Assembly: GCA_964654045.1 (NCBI GenBank)
Contig: CAZZHU010000001.1
Coordinates: 43,572 to 95,229, forward strand
DNA length: 51,658 nucleotides
Source of the DNA: an uncultured Leptospirales bacterium
GTDB taxonomy: Bacteria; Spirochaetota; UBA4802; UBA5550
Direction of reading: 5' to 3'
The stretch's first letter is position 1. The number at the start of each line of letters is the position of its first letter. The position numbers were made by a program, and so were the translations under genes. Positions 17,331 through 26,109 of this stretch are shown here, piece by piece. Under the pieces are notes generated by a model, which saw nothing but the letters and a program-made list of their open reading frames with translations, was not told where the DNA came from and did not search any database.

Positions 17331-18542
17331 TTACAGGTTCTGCTCCGACCCCATGGTGATGTCCGGCGCCGGTTCCTCGGCCGCGTCCAGGCTTCCGTGG
17401 CGGAGGGCCATGTTGATGAGGATAATGGCGGCCAGGAACATGACGGCGCACACATCGAAGGCGGCCAGGTAGGAATTCCGGTAATCGATCAGGAATCCCA
17501 GGGCCAGGGCGAAGACCATCATGCCTCCATTGAACGAGGCGGTAAAAAGCGCGTTGGCCTTGCTCCGGTCATGAGCCTCCACGATGCTTACCAGGATGGT
17601 GTTCAGGACCGGGTAGAGAATCCCGTGGGTGATCCCGTACATGACGCTCACGATGACCAGCATGATCATCGAGTCGAGAAAGTTCATGAATACGTTCATC
17701 AGAGCGCCGACCGTGAAGACCGCGATGAGCAGGGTGCTTCTTTTAATCCTGCCCGCCTGCTTGATGAAGGTGAACCTGATAAGAATGAGCACCGCAATGT
17801 ATATCATGAAAAAATAGGAGAACTTCATGCTTGTGGTGGTGCGGATGAAATTCGGGAGATACGTCACGATCACACCGAATCCGCCGCCGAATATCATGGA
17901 GACAAGGGCCATGAGGAGGAATTTCGGCCTCGCCATGAGATGCAGCGAACCCCTGCTGGTCGGCAGATTTTCTACATTATTACCGCAATCAAGGCATGGC
18001 ATGATGAAGGTGATGGCCAGGCTGAGCAGGACCATTACCACTGATAGGGAGAATATCACCTGGTGCGGATATCCGTGCGAGAGGATCATCTCTCCGAAAA
18101 AGGGGCTGATGGCATTGCTGAGGGCGGCAGCGATACCGTATATGCCGATGGCCTCGGCAGCGTCCTTGATGGGGACAATCTCGAATATGATCGAAGTGCC
18201 CAGGATCATGGCCACGGAAAAACCGATGCCGTGGATGATGCGTATGATGAGGAGCGCCCAGGTCAGCGACGTTACCAGGAGATACGAGGCATAGGCGCAG
18301 GCGAGGATCAGGTAGCCGATGCGGAGGAGTTTTATCCTGTCCCTGCCGTGCATGAGAGACCCTATGGTGATGGCGGATATAATGATAAAGATTTTATCCA
18401 CGTTATTCATTATCCCTATATACGATTCGGATGCGCCCAGGCTTTTCAGGTATACCGGGAGGAGTATATAGAGGGAATTGCCGAGGAAGAACATGAAGTT
18501 CGCCAGGGCAAGGTAATAGAATAAAGAATTATACCGCTTCAT
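17331..18542 (-). CDS. MFS transporter
   Basis: 403 aa with about 12 hydrophobic helices and an MFS loop-like GSLMHGRDRIKLLRIG between TM2 and TM3. Confidence 0.8.
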   Translation of the reverse strand: MKRYNSLFYYLALANFMFFLGNSLYILLPVYLKSLGASESYIGIMNNVDKIFIIISAITIGSLMHGRDRIKLLRIGYLILACAYASYLLVTSLTWALLIIRIIHGIGFSVAMILGTSIIFEIVPIKDAAEAIGIYGIAAALSNAISPFFGEMILSHGYPHQVIFSLSVVMVLLSLAITFIMPCLDCGNNVENLPTSRGSLHLMARPKFLLMALVSMIFGGGFGVIVTYLPNFIRTTTSMKFSYFFMIYIAVLILIRFTFIKQAGRIKRSTLLIAVFTVGALMNVFMNFLDSMIMLVIVSVMYGITHGILYPVLNTILVSIVEAHDRSKANALFTASFNGGMMVFALALGFLIDYRNSYLAAFDVCAVMFLAAIILINMALRHGSLDAAEEPAPDITMGSEQNL

Positions 18543-18604
18543 GGCTTAACAGTATGGATGTGGGATGGATGGCAAGAATTTTTTATTTTTTACCTTCGGG
18601 TACA

Positions 18605-18705
18605 GCTCTGACCCCTGCGGGATTATTTTACTCTGACCCCGAATCCCGGATAGGACGCTGCCCTGGTCCCCGGTATATGCTTGTGCAAATGTTGCTCTGA
18701 CACCC
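18605..18705 (-). repeat. R2 family: three copies (GCTCTGACCCCTGCGGG 18605-18621; TTTTACTCTGACCCCG 18626-18641; variant GCTCTGACACCC 18694-18705)
   Basis: Read directly from the sequence. On the minus strand they read GGGGTCAGAG..., 64-165 bp upstream of the MFS start. The middle copy sits in the loop of the CGGGATT/AATCCCG stem (18618-18648). Confidence 0.85.
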
Positions 18706-18868
18706 GGGTATACATAGTACCGCCTGGCGTGCCTGTTAGACTGCAGATAGCGGAAATAATGCATGCTTTTTGTTTTTTGATCAATATTTTGGAGGGCCGG
18801 CCGTGAAAAGGGATTGCAATAATAGTAATTAAGGATAATAATAGAAATATTGAGCCAGGAGGCCATTG

Positions 18869-19429
18869 ATGGAATTGAAAGAAGCGATCCTGAAACGAAG
18901 AAGCGTCCGGAAGTTTACCGACTACCTGGTTGCTGATGCTGAAATCAATGAAATCCTTGAAGCTGCCCGGTGGGCCCCGTCATGGGCCAATACCCAGGTC
19001 TGGGAATTCATTATCGTCAGGGACCGGCAGGTAATCGAAAAAATCGCCGGCACCTTCGTCAAGAACAACCCGGCAACCAAGTGCGCGCAATCAGCCTCGG
19101 TCGTCATCGTGGGATGCGCCAAAAGGGGAGTTTCCGGTGCCCACGATGGGAAAAACCTGACGATATTCTCTGAATGGTTTATGTTTGACCTGGCCCTGGC
19201 GGTCCAGAACCTGTGCCTTCGCGCCCACGATATCGGACTTGGTACGGTAATTGTGAGCCTTCTTGACCATCAGGCCCTGAAGGATATCCTGTCCGTGCCG
19301 GAAGGCTATGAGGCGGTGACCGTGATTCCCGTGGGCAAGCCTGCGGTGCCGGACAAGCAGGGCCCGCCGCGCAAGGGCATTGCTGATTTTACGTATCTTG
19401 ATGTTTTCGGGAAAAAATATCAACAGTAA
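18869..19429 (+). CDS. Nitroreductase-family protein
   Basis: ILKRRSVRKFTD...ILEAARWAPSWANTQVWEFIIV is the canonical nitroreductase N-terminal motif. AGGAGG lies upstream. Confidence 0.8.
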   Translation: MELKEAILKRRSVRKFTDYLVADAEINEILEAARWAPSWANTQVWEFIIVRDRQVIEKIAGTFVKNNPATKCAQSASVVIVGCAKRGVSGAHDGKNLTIFSEWFMFDLALAVQNLCLRAHDIGLGTVIVSLLDHQALKDILSVPEGYEAVTVIPVGKPAVPDKQGPPRKGIADFTYLDVFGKKYQQ

Positions 19430-19446
19430 TAACCGGGAGGCTCGTG

Positions 19447-20259
19447 ATGTCGGATACCTGCGTACAGGTTGAATACCGGGGTCAGAGTGCCATTGTCACC
19501 TTCAACAGGCCTGATAAGAAAAATGTCTTCAACAGGGACATGTGGTCGGGCCTGGAGCGGGCAGTGGCTCAATTGAAGGCGCATCTTCCACGGGCCATTG
19601 TCGTTACGGGGGCGGCTGATGCCTTTTCGGCGGGCTTTGACGTTAACCCCGAAAACCCGCAGATAACTATCCTGGCGGAAGCCGTTAAAAAGCGGAGCCG
19701 CACCGCTGTCGAGGAAGTGGTCCGGTATATCCGCGAGACCGTTGATAAACTGGTGGCCCTGCCGGTTCCCATCATCGCGGCCATGAACGGACCGGCTTTC
19801 GGCGGCGGCGCCGAGCTCGCGGTCCGGTGCGATTTGCGGGTGATGGACCCCGGGGCGGTGATATGCTTTTCCGAGGTGCGCCTGGGCCTCATACCGGATT
19901 GGGGCGGCGGTGTCGCACTGAGCCGGCTCCTGGGCAGATCGCCGGCCGCTGACCTGATTTTGACGGCGCGACGGGTTGGGGCTGATGAAGCATTGGGCAT
20001 GGGCCTGGTGAACCGGATAAGCAGGCCGGGAAAAGCCCTTGAAGAATCGCTTGAGATGGCAGGGATAATAGCTAAAAACGGGCCGCTGGCGGTCCGGGCC
20101 GCGCTGGAAGTGATACGCCGTTCGCCGGATATCCCCTTCAGGGATGCCCTGGAACTGGAAACCCTGGTCGCATCCGACCTGATCGCTTCGGGCGAGTGCC
20201 TTCACGGCATTACAGCCTTCCTCTCGAAAAAAGATCCTGATTTTCCCGATCCTAAATAG
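19447..20259 (+). CDS. Enoyl-CoA hydratase/isomerase (crotonase) family protein
   Basis: FNRPDKKNVFN, TGAADAFSAGFD and IIAAMNGPAFGGGAELAVRCDLRV match the crotonase oxyanion-hole motifs. Confidence 0.85.
   Translation: MSDTCVQVEYRGQSAIVTFNRPDKKNVFNRDMWSGLERAVAQLKAHLPRAIVVTGAADAFSAGFDVNPENPQITILAEAVKKRSRTAVEEVVRYIRETVDKLVALPVPIIAAMNGPAFGGGAELAVRCDLRVMDPGAVICFSEVRLGLIPDWGGGVALSRLLGRSPAADLILTARRVGADEALGMGLVNRISRPGKALEESLEMAGIIAKNGPLAVRAALEVIRRSPDIPFRDALELETLVASDLIASGECLHGITAFLSKKDPDFPDPK
19478..19488 (+). repeat. R2-like core GGGGTCAGAGT inside the crotonase CDS
   Basis: Perfect 10-bp core encoding R-G-Q-S. It may be coincidental, but it is one of nine perfect cores in the window. Confidence 0.35.
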
Positions 20260-20275
20260 GGCACGCTGTATCATA

Positions 20276-20295
20276 TTTTACTCTGACCCCTGCCG
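20276..20295 (-). repeat. R2 family copy: TTTTACTCTGACCCCTGCCG on the + strand
   Basis: Core at 20281-20290, in the 48-bp gap between the crotonase stop and the ygiQ TTG start. Confidence 0.85.
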
Positions 20296-20307
20296 AGGAG
20301 ACGCGTT

Positions 20308-22002
20308 TTGTTCATTCCGACAACCATAGAAGAAGCTAACTCTCTGGGGTGGAACCAGCTTGATATCATCCTCATCAGCGGAGACACCTATATTGACAGC
20401 CCCTACCTGGGAACGGCCGTGATTGGTCATGTGCTCATGGACGCGGGTTACCGGGTGGGGATCATAGCGCAGCCGGATACAGGGAGCGGCGTCGATATAA
20501 ACCGCCTTGGGGAGCCGCGCCTTTTCTGGGGGGTCAGCGCCGGGTCCGTGGATTCCATGGTCGCCAATTATACCGCCACGGGAAAGAGGCGCTCGCAGGA
20601 CGATTTGACCCCGGGCGGGAAGAATACCCGGCGTCCCGACCGGGCCGTTATCGTGTATGTGAACCTTATCCGCCAGCACTTCAAGGACACTGCGCCGATA
20701 GTTATCGGCGGGATCGAGGCGAGCCTCCGCCGGATCGCGCACTATGACTTCCGCGATAACAGGATACGCCGGTCGCTCCTGTTCGATGCCAAGGCGGATA
20801 TCCTTGCGTACGGCATGGCCGAGCGGACCGTGGTGGAACTGGCCGGCTGCCTGAAATCGGGCAAAGACTTCCACCGCGTGCGGGGCATCTGCTATATTTC
20901 AGGATACACAATCAGCGAATATATCAATCTTCCTTCATATGATGACGTGGCGCAGGATAAACATGAATTCATAAAGATGAGCAGGCTCTTCTTCGGCAAT
21001 TGTGACCCGTTAAGCGCCAGGGGTATGGTCCAGAATCATGGCGACCGCTATCTTATCCACAATCCCCCCGCGTTGCCCCTTTCTTCCGATGCACTGGACC
21101 GGGTTTACGAGCTTCCCTATGAGCGGGAGACGCATCCCTACTATAAAAAAATGGGGGCTGTGCGCGCCCTGGATACGATCAGGTTTTCTATTACGACGCA
21201 TCGTGGCTGTTTCGGAGAGTGCAATTTCTGCTCCATAGCGGTTCACCAGGGATGCGCTGTTATTTCCAGGAGCGAGGAATCCATTCTCAGGGAAGCGAGA
21301 AGCTTTACGAAACATGCGGGTTTCCGCGGAATAATCGCGGATATCGGCGGTCCCACGGCGAACATGTACGGGATGCTGTGCAGGAACATGGCGCGCCGGG
21401 GAGTCTGCGCGGACAAGCGCTGCCTGGGCGAGCACGTGTGCAGGGGGATGAGCGTGTCCCACAAGAGCCTGATAAGCCTCCTCCGGAAGATACGGAAAAT
21501 TCCGGGGATCAGGAGGGCCTTCGTGGCATCAGGGGTGCGCCATGACCTAATCATGGCCGATACCGGCGCGGGAGAGGAATACCTCTCGGAAATCGTGCGG
21601 TATCATGTTTCGGGACAGCTGAAAATCGCGCCGGAGCATTGCGTGGACAGCGTCCTTGACCTCATGGGTAAGCCGCCTGTTGAGGGGCTCCTGGCGTTCC
21701 GCGATTGTTTCATGCGGCTGAACAGGCAATTCCGGAAAAAGCAGTTCCTCACCTATTACCTGATCGCCGCGCACCCCGGATGCACCCTGAACCACATGAA
21801 GGCCCTGCGCGCGTTTGTGCATGACGAGCTCCACCTCGATCCGGAACAGGTACAGATCTTCACGCCTCTCCCGTCAACCTGGTCCACGGTCATGTACTAC
21901 ACGGGCCGCGATCCCTTTGACGGGAACGATATCTTCGTGGAAAGGGACACCGCCGGAAAAGAGAAGCAGAAGAAGGCCCTGGGCCGTCCCCGGAAGGATT
22001 GA
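20308..22002 (+). CDS. ygiQ: YgiQ-family (UPF0313) radical SAM protein
   Basis: The N-terminal FIPTTIEEANSLGWNQLDIILISGDTYIDSPY..GYRVGIIAQPD resembles the E. coli YgiQ N-terminus. It has the radical-SAM cluster motif HRGCFGECNFCS. TTG start with GAGGAG 7 nt upstream. Confidence 0.85.
   Translation: MFIPTTIEEANSLGWNQLDIILISGDTYIDSPYLGTAVIGHVLMDAGYRVGIIAQPDTGSGVDINRLGEPRLFWGVSAGSVDSMVANYTATGKRRSQDDLTPGGKNTRRPDRAVIVYVNLIRQHFKDTAPIVIGGIEASLRRIAHYDFRDNRIRRSLLFDAKADILAYGMAERTVVELAGCLKSGKDFHRVRGICYISGYTISEYINLPSYDDVAQDKHEFIKMSRLFFGNCDPLSARGMVQNHGDRYLIHNPPALPLSSDALDRVYELPYERETHPYYKKMGAVRALDTIRFSITTHRGCFGECNFCSIAVHQGCAVISRSEESILREARSFTKHAGFRGIIADIGGPTANMYGMLCRNMARRGVCADKRCLGEHVCRGMSVSHKSLISLLRKIRKIPGIRRAFVASGVRHDLIMADTGAGEEYLSEIVRYHVSGQLKIAPEHCVDSVLDLMGKPPVEGLLAFRDCFMRLNRQFRKKQFLTYYLIAAHPGCTLNHMKALRAFVHDELHLDPEQVQIFTPLPSTWSTVMYYTGRDPFDGNDIFVERDTAGKEKQKKALGRPRKD
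20694..20709 (-). repeat. R1 family copy 4: GCCGATAGTTATCGGC inside ygiQ
   Basis: Perfect 14-mer at 20695-20708, in frame as CCG ATA GTT ATC GGC (P-I-V-I-G). Confidence 0.9.
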
Positions 22003-22039
22003 GTTATGCGGTTCTGTCCGGGCGCCGCATCCATGTCAT

Positions 22040-22966
22040 TTATTTGTATATGACCGACGCAAAGGCCCTCTTTATTCCCCGGACATACCGAAACGCGGGA
22101 TACCCCAGGATCATGGCCAGGGCCACCTTGTTTTCCGCCGGTATCCCCCATTTTTCTTTGAGCTTCTTCTCCCGGTCCAGCGCGAAGGAAACGGTGCCGA
22201 TCATGCAGGTGCCGAGGCCGAGGGACTCCGCCGCAATCATGGCGTAGGTGCAGGCGATGTGGCCGTCGACGGGATCCGCGTAAGGCGATTGATGGAACAG
22301 GAGAACGCAGGGCGCGCCGTAAAAGAGGTAGTCGATCCTGCGTTTCCTTTCGTCGATCATCAATTTTGTCACAGGCAGGATAAAGTCCCGGAACGCTTCA
22401 ACATCGGCTTTTTTCATGAAAGGCCGCATCAGGGTCATGACGACCGGGTTGAAGAACCTCTGCCATTTGGCGAAGACCGACAGGATATCGCCGGCGCATT
22501 CCTGGACGCGATCAGAACCGTAAACTACAGTCACGCCCACATCGGAGGGAGGGATCCCCATGGGAGCGCTTGTGGACATGGCGAGGAGCCGGTCGATTGT
22601 TTTTTTCTCCACTTCCCTGTCCGCGAAATCCCTGACGCTGCGGCGACAGAGGAGAAGCGCTTCCAGGGCTTCGGGGGTCGCGCGTTTTTCCTTTTTCGGG
22701 AGGATAAAGGTATCCCCGGTCCCGATCCTGCGTCCCGTCACCGTGATGGCACCCTTCGGGCAGACCATCATGCACTGGCCGCAGCCGATGCAGCCCAGCC
22801 CGTTGTCCGGGATAACCGCGGGCGCGTCGTCAATCTCAATAATGGTGAAGGTTTTACATACTGTAACGCATAATCCGCACCTGGTGCAGAGTTTCGAATT
22901 TATAACAGGGCGGGCCGCTTCATTGCCGAAGCCGGTCTTGATTGTTTTGCCTGGCTTTCCTTTCAT
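22040..22966 (-). CDS. Ferredoxin-domain (2x[4Fe-4S]) / nitroreductase fusion protein
   Basis: CTRCGLCVTVC and CIGCGQCMMVCP cluster motifs, followed by the nitroreductase motif LLCRRSVRDFADREV. Confidence 0.75.
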   Translation of the reverse strand: MKGKPGKTIKTGFGNEAARPVINSKLCTRCGLCVTVCKTFTIIEIDDAPAVIPDNGLGCIGCGQCMMVCPKGAITVTGRRIGTGDTFILPKKEKRATPEALEALLLCRRSVRDFADREVEKKTIDRLLAMSTSAPMGIPPSDVGVTVVYGSDRVQECAGDILSVFAKWQRFFNPVVMTLMRPFMKKADVEAFRDFILPVTKLMIDERKRRIDYLFYGAPCVLLFHQSPYADPVDGHIACTYAMIAAESLGLGTCMIGTVSFALDREKKLKEKWGIPAENKVALAMILGYPAFRYVRGIKRAFASVIYK

Positions 22967-22969
22967 GGT

Positions 22970-23557
22970 TCACTCCTTGTAATTATTAATAAAAGTATCA
23001 ATGAAATCGCTGATGGTTCTTTCCAGCTGCAGGTCTTTATCCAGAACGAGGTAGCTGATAATGCCGTCGAGGGCGGCCATGAGGGCGATGGAAGCGCCCC
23101 TGGTGTTGATAGCCTTGAAGTCTCCCGCTGATATTCCCTTCCGGTACATACCGTCGAAAAAAGCGGTCATCCGGGACGAGTACCCGTTATAGAGATGCCA
23201 GAGGTTCTGGTCGGATATGTTTTTAGCCATGGTAAGGAATATAAAGGATAATTCCCGGGGATGCCGGGTCCAGTAGGTCAGGTAATGGGTGATATAGGCG
23301 GCAAGGCCATCACCGGCATCCGGCCTCTCCATGGCGTCGGTCATAAAAGCCAGTACCGGTTCCATGAACAATTCGTTGGCTTTGATCAGGATGTCGTCCT
23401 TGCTGACAAAATGATAATAGAGGCCGCCTTTGGTAAGACCGGCCCTGGCCGCTATCGATTCCATGGAGGTGGATTCATATCCTTTTTCGACAAACTCATG
23501 GATGGCTGCGTCAAGGATGTCCTTTATCCTTTTATCTTTTGATTCTTTTTTTGTCAT
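22970..23557 (-). CDS. TetR/AcrR-family transcriptional regulator
   Basis: HTH region ILDAAIHEFVEKGYESTSMESIAARAGLTKGGLYYHFVSKDDI. Confidence 0.85.
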   Translation of the reverse strand: MTKKESKDKRIKDILDAAIHEFVEKGYESTSMESIAARAGLTKGGLYYHFVSKDDILIKANELFMEPVLAFMTDAMERPDAGDGLAAYITHYLTYWTRHPRELSFIFLTMAKNISDQNLWHLYNGYSSRMTAFFDGMYRKGISAGDFKAINTRGASIALMAALDGIISYLVLDKDLQLERTISDFIDTFINNYKE

Positions 23558-23579
23558 TGTTTTGTTCAGTGGTTAAAAA

Positions 23580-23590
23580 TACCGTCGGTA
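23580..23590. promoter_or_regulatory. Candidate TetR operator: palindrome TACCGTCGGTA within AAATACC-N7-GGTATTT
   Basis: Perfect 5-1-5 palindrome 23 bp upstream of the tetR-like start, in the divergent intergenic region. Its arms TACCG/CGGTA equal the outer arms of R1. Confidence 0.35.
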
Positions 23591-23622
23591 GGTATTTAAG
23601 TCAAGCTAAATTTATGTTTTTT

Positions 23623-23713
23623 GGGGGGTCAGAGTAAAAATTTGTTTGTGTGTAATAGATGCACATAATATAAAAAATGCCCACTTTACCTATTATGGTG
23701 TCAGAGTAAAAAT
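23623..23713 (+). repeat. R2 family: GGGGGGTCAGAGTAAAAA (23623-23640) and variant GGTGTCAGAGTAAAAAT (23697-23713)
   Basis: Read directly from the sequence. The site is 90-180 bp upstream of the ABC-F start, on the same strand. Confidence 0.85.
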
Positions 23714-23784
23714 ATCTCTCGTTTGTTCAGGCATATATAAAAGAAAAACATTTGAAATCTAATGCTACTTCTTTAAGCATTGTC

Positions 23785-23800
23785 GCCGATAGTTATCGGT
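23785..23800 (-). repeat. R1 family copy 5: GCCGATAGTTATCGGT abutting the ABC-F start codon
   Basis: Perfect 14-mer at 23786-23799. The ATG is at 23802, and no Shine-Dalgarno-like purine run lies between them. Confidence 0.9.
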
Positions 23801-23801
23801 T

Positions 23802-25661
23802 ATGATAAAAATAATAAACCTCTCCAAATCATTCGGCGGACAGTCTCTCTTCGACAATGTCAGTATCAGCGTAAATCAAAAGGAACGAATCGGCCTTGTC
23901 GGGCGCAACGGCCATGGCAAAACCACGTTATTTCGCATAATCATAGGGGAGGAACAGCCTGATTCCGGCGAGATAGCCGTTCCGCGCGGTTATCGCATCG
24001 GCTATGTGACACAACACCTTCTTTTCACGGAGCCGACCGTGCTGGCTGAAGCATGCCGGGGCCTTCCGGAACACCTTCATGGTGAGACCTGGATGGCGGA
24101 AAAGATCCTTTCGGGCCTGGGATTCACGAAGCTGGACATGCAGCGGCCGACATCGGAATTTTCCGGCGGCTACCAGGTCCGGTTGGGACTTGCCCGGGTC
24201 CTGGTGTCGGATCCTGACCTCCTCCTCCTGGATGAGCCGACCAACTACCTTGACATCGTGTCGATCCGCTGGCTGGAAAAGTTTCTCCGCCAGTGGAAGA
24301 GCGAGCTCATGGTCATCACCCACGACCGCTCCTTCATGGACAGCGTGACGACCCATACCGTGGGAATCCACCGTAAAAGGGTGCGCAAGATCGAGGGCGG
24401 CACTGATAAGTACTATGAACAGATTCTGAAGGAAGAAGAGATATACGAAAAGACCCGCGTCAATGATGAGAAGAAGCGGAAGGAGGCTGAGCTCTTCATC
24501 AGCCGGTTCCGGGCCAAGGCGCGCCTTGCCGGCATGGTGCAGTCGCGCATCAAGGCACTGGAAAAACAGGATAAGCTGGACCGCCTCGATAAGATCAAGA
24601 CTCTTGATTTCTCCTTCAGCTATAAGGCCTTCCCCGCCAAGGTCCTCATGACCGTGGACGGCCTTTCCTTTTCTTACGGAGACGGGGAACTCATCCCGAA
24701 TGTCGGATTCACCGTGGGCAAGGACGACCGGATCTGCGTCATCGGGAAAAACGGGAAGGGCAAGACAACGCTCCTCCGGCTCCTGGCGGGCGAGCTGGTC
24801 CCGAAAGCCGGGAGGATAATCTCGCACGGTGATATGAGTATCGGCCATTTCTCCCAGACCAATACGCTGCGCTTGAACAGCCTCTACACCATAGAAGAAG
24901 AGATCATGAGCGCCGGGTGCGAACGTCAGCGTTCGCGCGACATCTCCGGTGCCATGATGTTCGAGGGTGACATGGCCCTCAAGAAGATCGAGGTGCTCTC
25001 CGGCGGGGAGAAGAGCAGGGTCCTCCTGGGAAAGATACTGGCCCAGAAATCGAACCTTCTCCTCCTTGACGAGCCCACCAACCACCTGGACATGGAGTCC
25101 TCCGAGGCGCTCCTCGCTGCGATCGACGGGTTCGAGGGCGCCGCCATCATCGTGACCCACGACGAGATGTTCCTTCACACCCTGGCCAACCGCTTCGTGG
25201 TGTTCCAGGGAGGCCGCGTGACAGTCTTCGACGGCACATACCAGAATTTTCTCGAAAAGGTGGGATGGGAGGACGAGCGTGAGGGCCCGTCGCAGCGGAG
25301 CGCCTCTCCGGCGCCGCGGGGCGCCGACCGGGACACCGTGAGCAAGAAGGACTCGCGCCGTATCCGGGCTGACCTGCTGTCACGGCGTTCGAAGGTAATC
25401 AATCCGCTGAAATCGAAGATCGCCGAGATCGAATCGTCCATCGGGGCGAAGGAGAAACGCCTCTCGGCCCTGAACAATGACATCATCGCTGCATCGGGAA
25501 TAGGGAAGGGTGAAACCATAGCCCGGTTATCCCGGGATATCCACCAGCTCCGCACGGAGATAGATTCCCTGTTTGACACTCTCGAGACTCACATCACCGA
25601 GCTCGAGGAGAAGTCAAAGGCCTTTGACGCCGAGATGGATGAGCAGGGGATCACTGTATAA
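23802..25661 (+). CDS. ABC-F family ATPase (two ABC cassettes, no TM domain)
   Basis: Two Walker A motifs (GRNGHGKTT, GKNGKGKTT), two signature motifs (FSGGYQVRL, LSGGEKSRV), and a C-terminal coiled-coil tail. Confidence 0.85.
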   Translation: MIKIINLSKSFGGQSLFDNVSISVNQKERIGLVGRNGHGKTTLFRIIIGEEQPDSGEIAVPRGYRIGYVTQHLLFTEPTVLAEACRGLPEHLHGETWMAEKILSGLGFTKLDMQRPTSEFSGGYQVRLGLARVLVSDPDLLLLDEPTNYLDIVSIRWLEKFLRQWKSELMVITHDRSFMDSVTTHTVGIHRKRVRKIEGGTDKYYEQILKEEEIYEKTRVNDEKKRKEAELFISRFRAKARLAGMVQSRIKALEKQDKLDRLDKIKTLDFSFSYKAFPAKVLMTVDGLSFSYGDGELIPNVGFTVGKDDRICVIGKNGKGKTTLLRLLAGELVPKAGRIISHGDMSIGHFSQTNTLRLNSLYTIEEEIMSAGCERQRSRDISGAMMFEGDMALKKIEVLSGGEKSRVLLGKILAQKSNLLLLDEPTNHLDMESSEALLAAIDGFEGAAIIVTHDEMFLHTLANRFVVFQGGRVTVFDGTYQNFLEKVGWEDEREGPSQRSASPAPRGADRDTVSKKDSRRIRADLLSRRSKVINPLKSKIAEIESSIGAKEKRLSALNNDIIAASGIGKGETIARLSRDIHQLRTEIDSLFDTLETHITELEEKSKAFDAEMDEQGITV

Positions 25662-25685
25662 TTCATTAAAAAAAGGCGGTCCGTC

Positions 25686-26099
25686 ATGGAAATAATCATT
25701 CCTCTTGTATTCATCCCTTTTTTTATTATCATGTGGATCGGGGTGACCGGCCTCATATCCGTCATCGGTGGCTGGCGGGGACTGGCGCAGTCGAATCCCG
25801 TGCCCGCGATACTCCAGGAAACAGGCGTGACCTATTCATTCCAATCAATGCGGATCGGGTTCCTGGGGAGTTACAATTCAGTTCTGAATATTACAGTTTA
25901 TACTCAGGGTATCCGTCTTGCGCCCATCTTCCTGTTTTCCTTTTTTCACAAGCCGATCTATATCAGCTATACCGCAATGAGCAACATCGAATTCGGCAGG
26001 TTTCTCGTGCATTACGTGACATTCAACCTGCCGGATAGAAAAATCAGGATAATGGGCAGAAGCGCGCTGGCCGTAAAGGAAAAGATCGGGCCGCGGTAG
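25686..26099 (+). CDS. Hypothetical membrane protein
   Basis: 137 aa with one N-terminal TM helix (IIIPLVFIPFFIIMWIGVTGLISVIGG). I recognise no motif. Confidence 0.5.
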   Translation: MEIIIPLVFIPFFIIMWIGVTGLISVIGGWRGLAQSNPVPAILQETGVTYSFQSMRIGFLGSYNSVLNITVYTQGIRLAPIFLFSFFHKPIYISYTAMSNIEFGRFLVHYVTFNLPDRKIRIMGRSALAVKEKIGPR

Positions 26100-26109
26100 C
26101 GACCCCGTA

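Noticed and set aside
18605-18705. Closely spaced R2 direct repeats as a mini-CRISPR array.
   Set aside because: The repeats are only about 15 bp long with irregular spacers of 5 to 50 bp, there are too few units, and there are no cas genes.
19662-19671. Partial R1 matches: GATAACTATC at 19662-19671 (crotonase CDS), TGATAACTATTG at 31275-31286, and GATATCTATCGG at 17203-17214.
   Set aside because: These match 9-11 bp and lack the full arms. Individually they are within reach of chance (a given 10-mer is expected about 0.1 times), so I did not count them among the nine copies.
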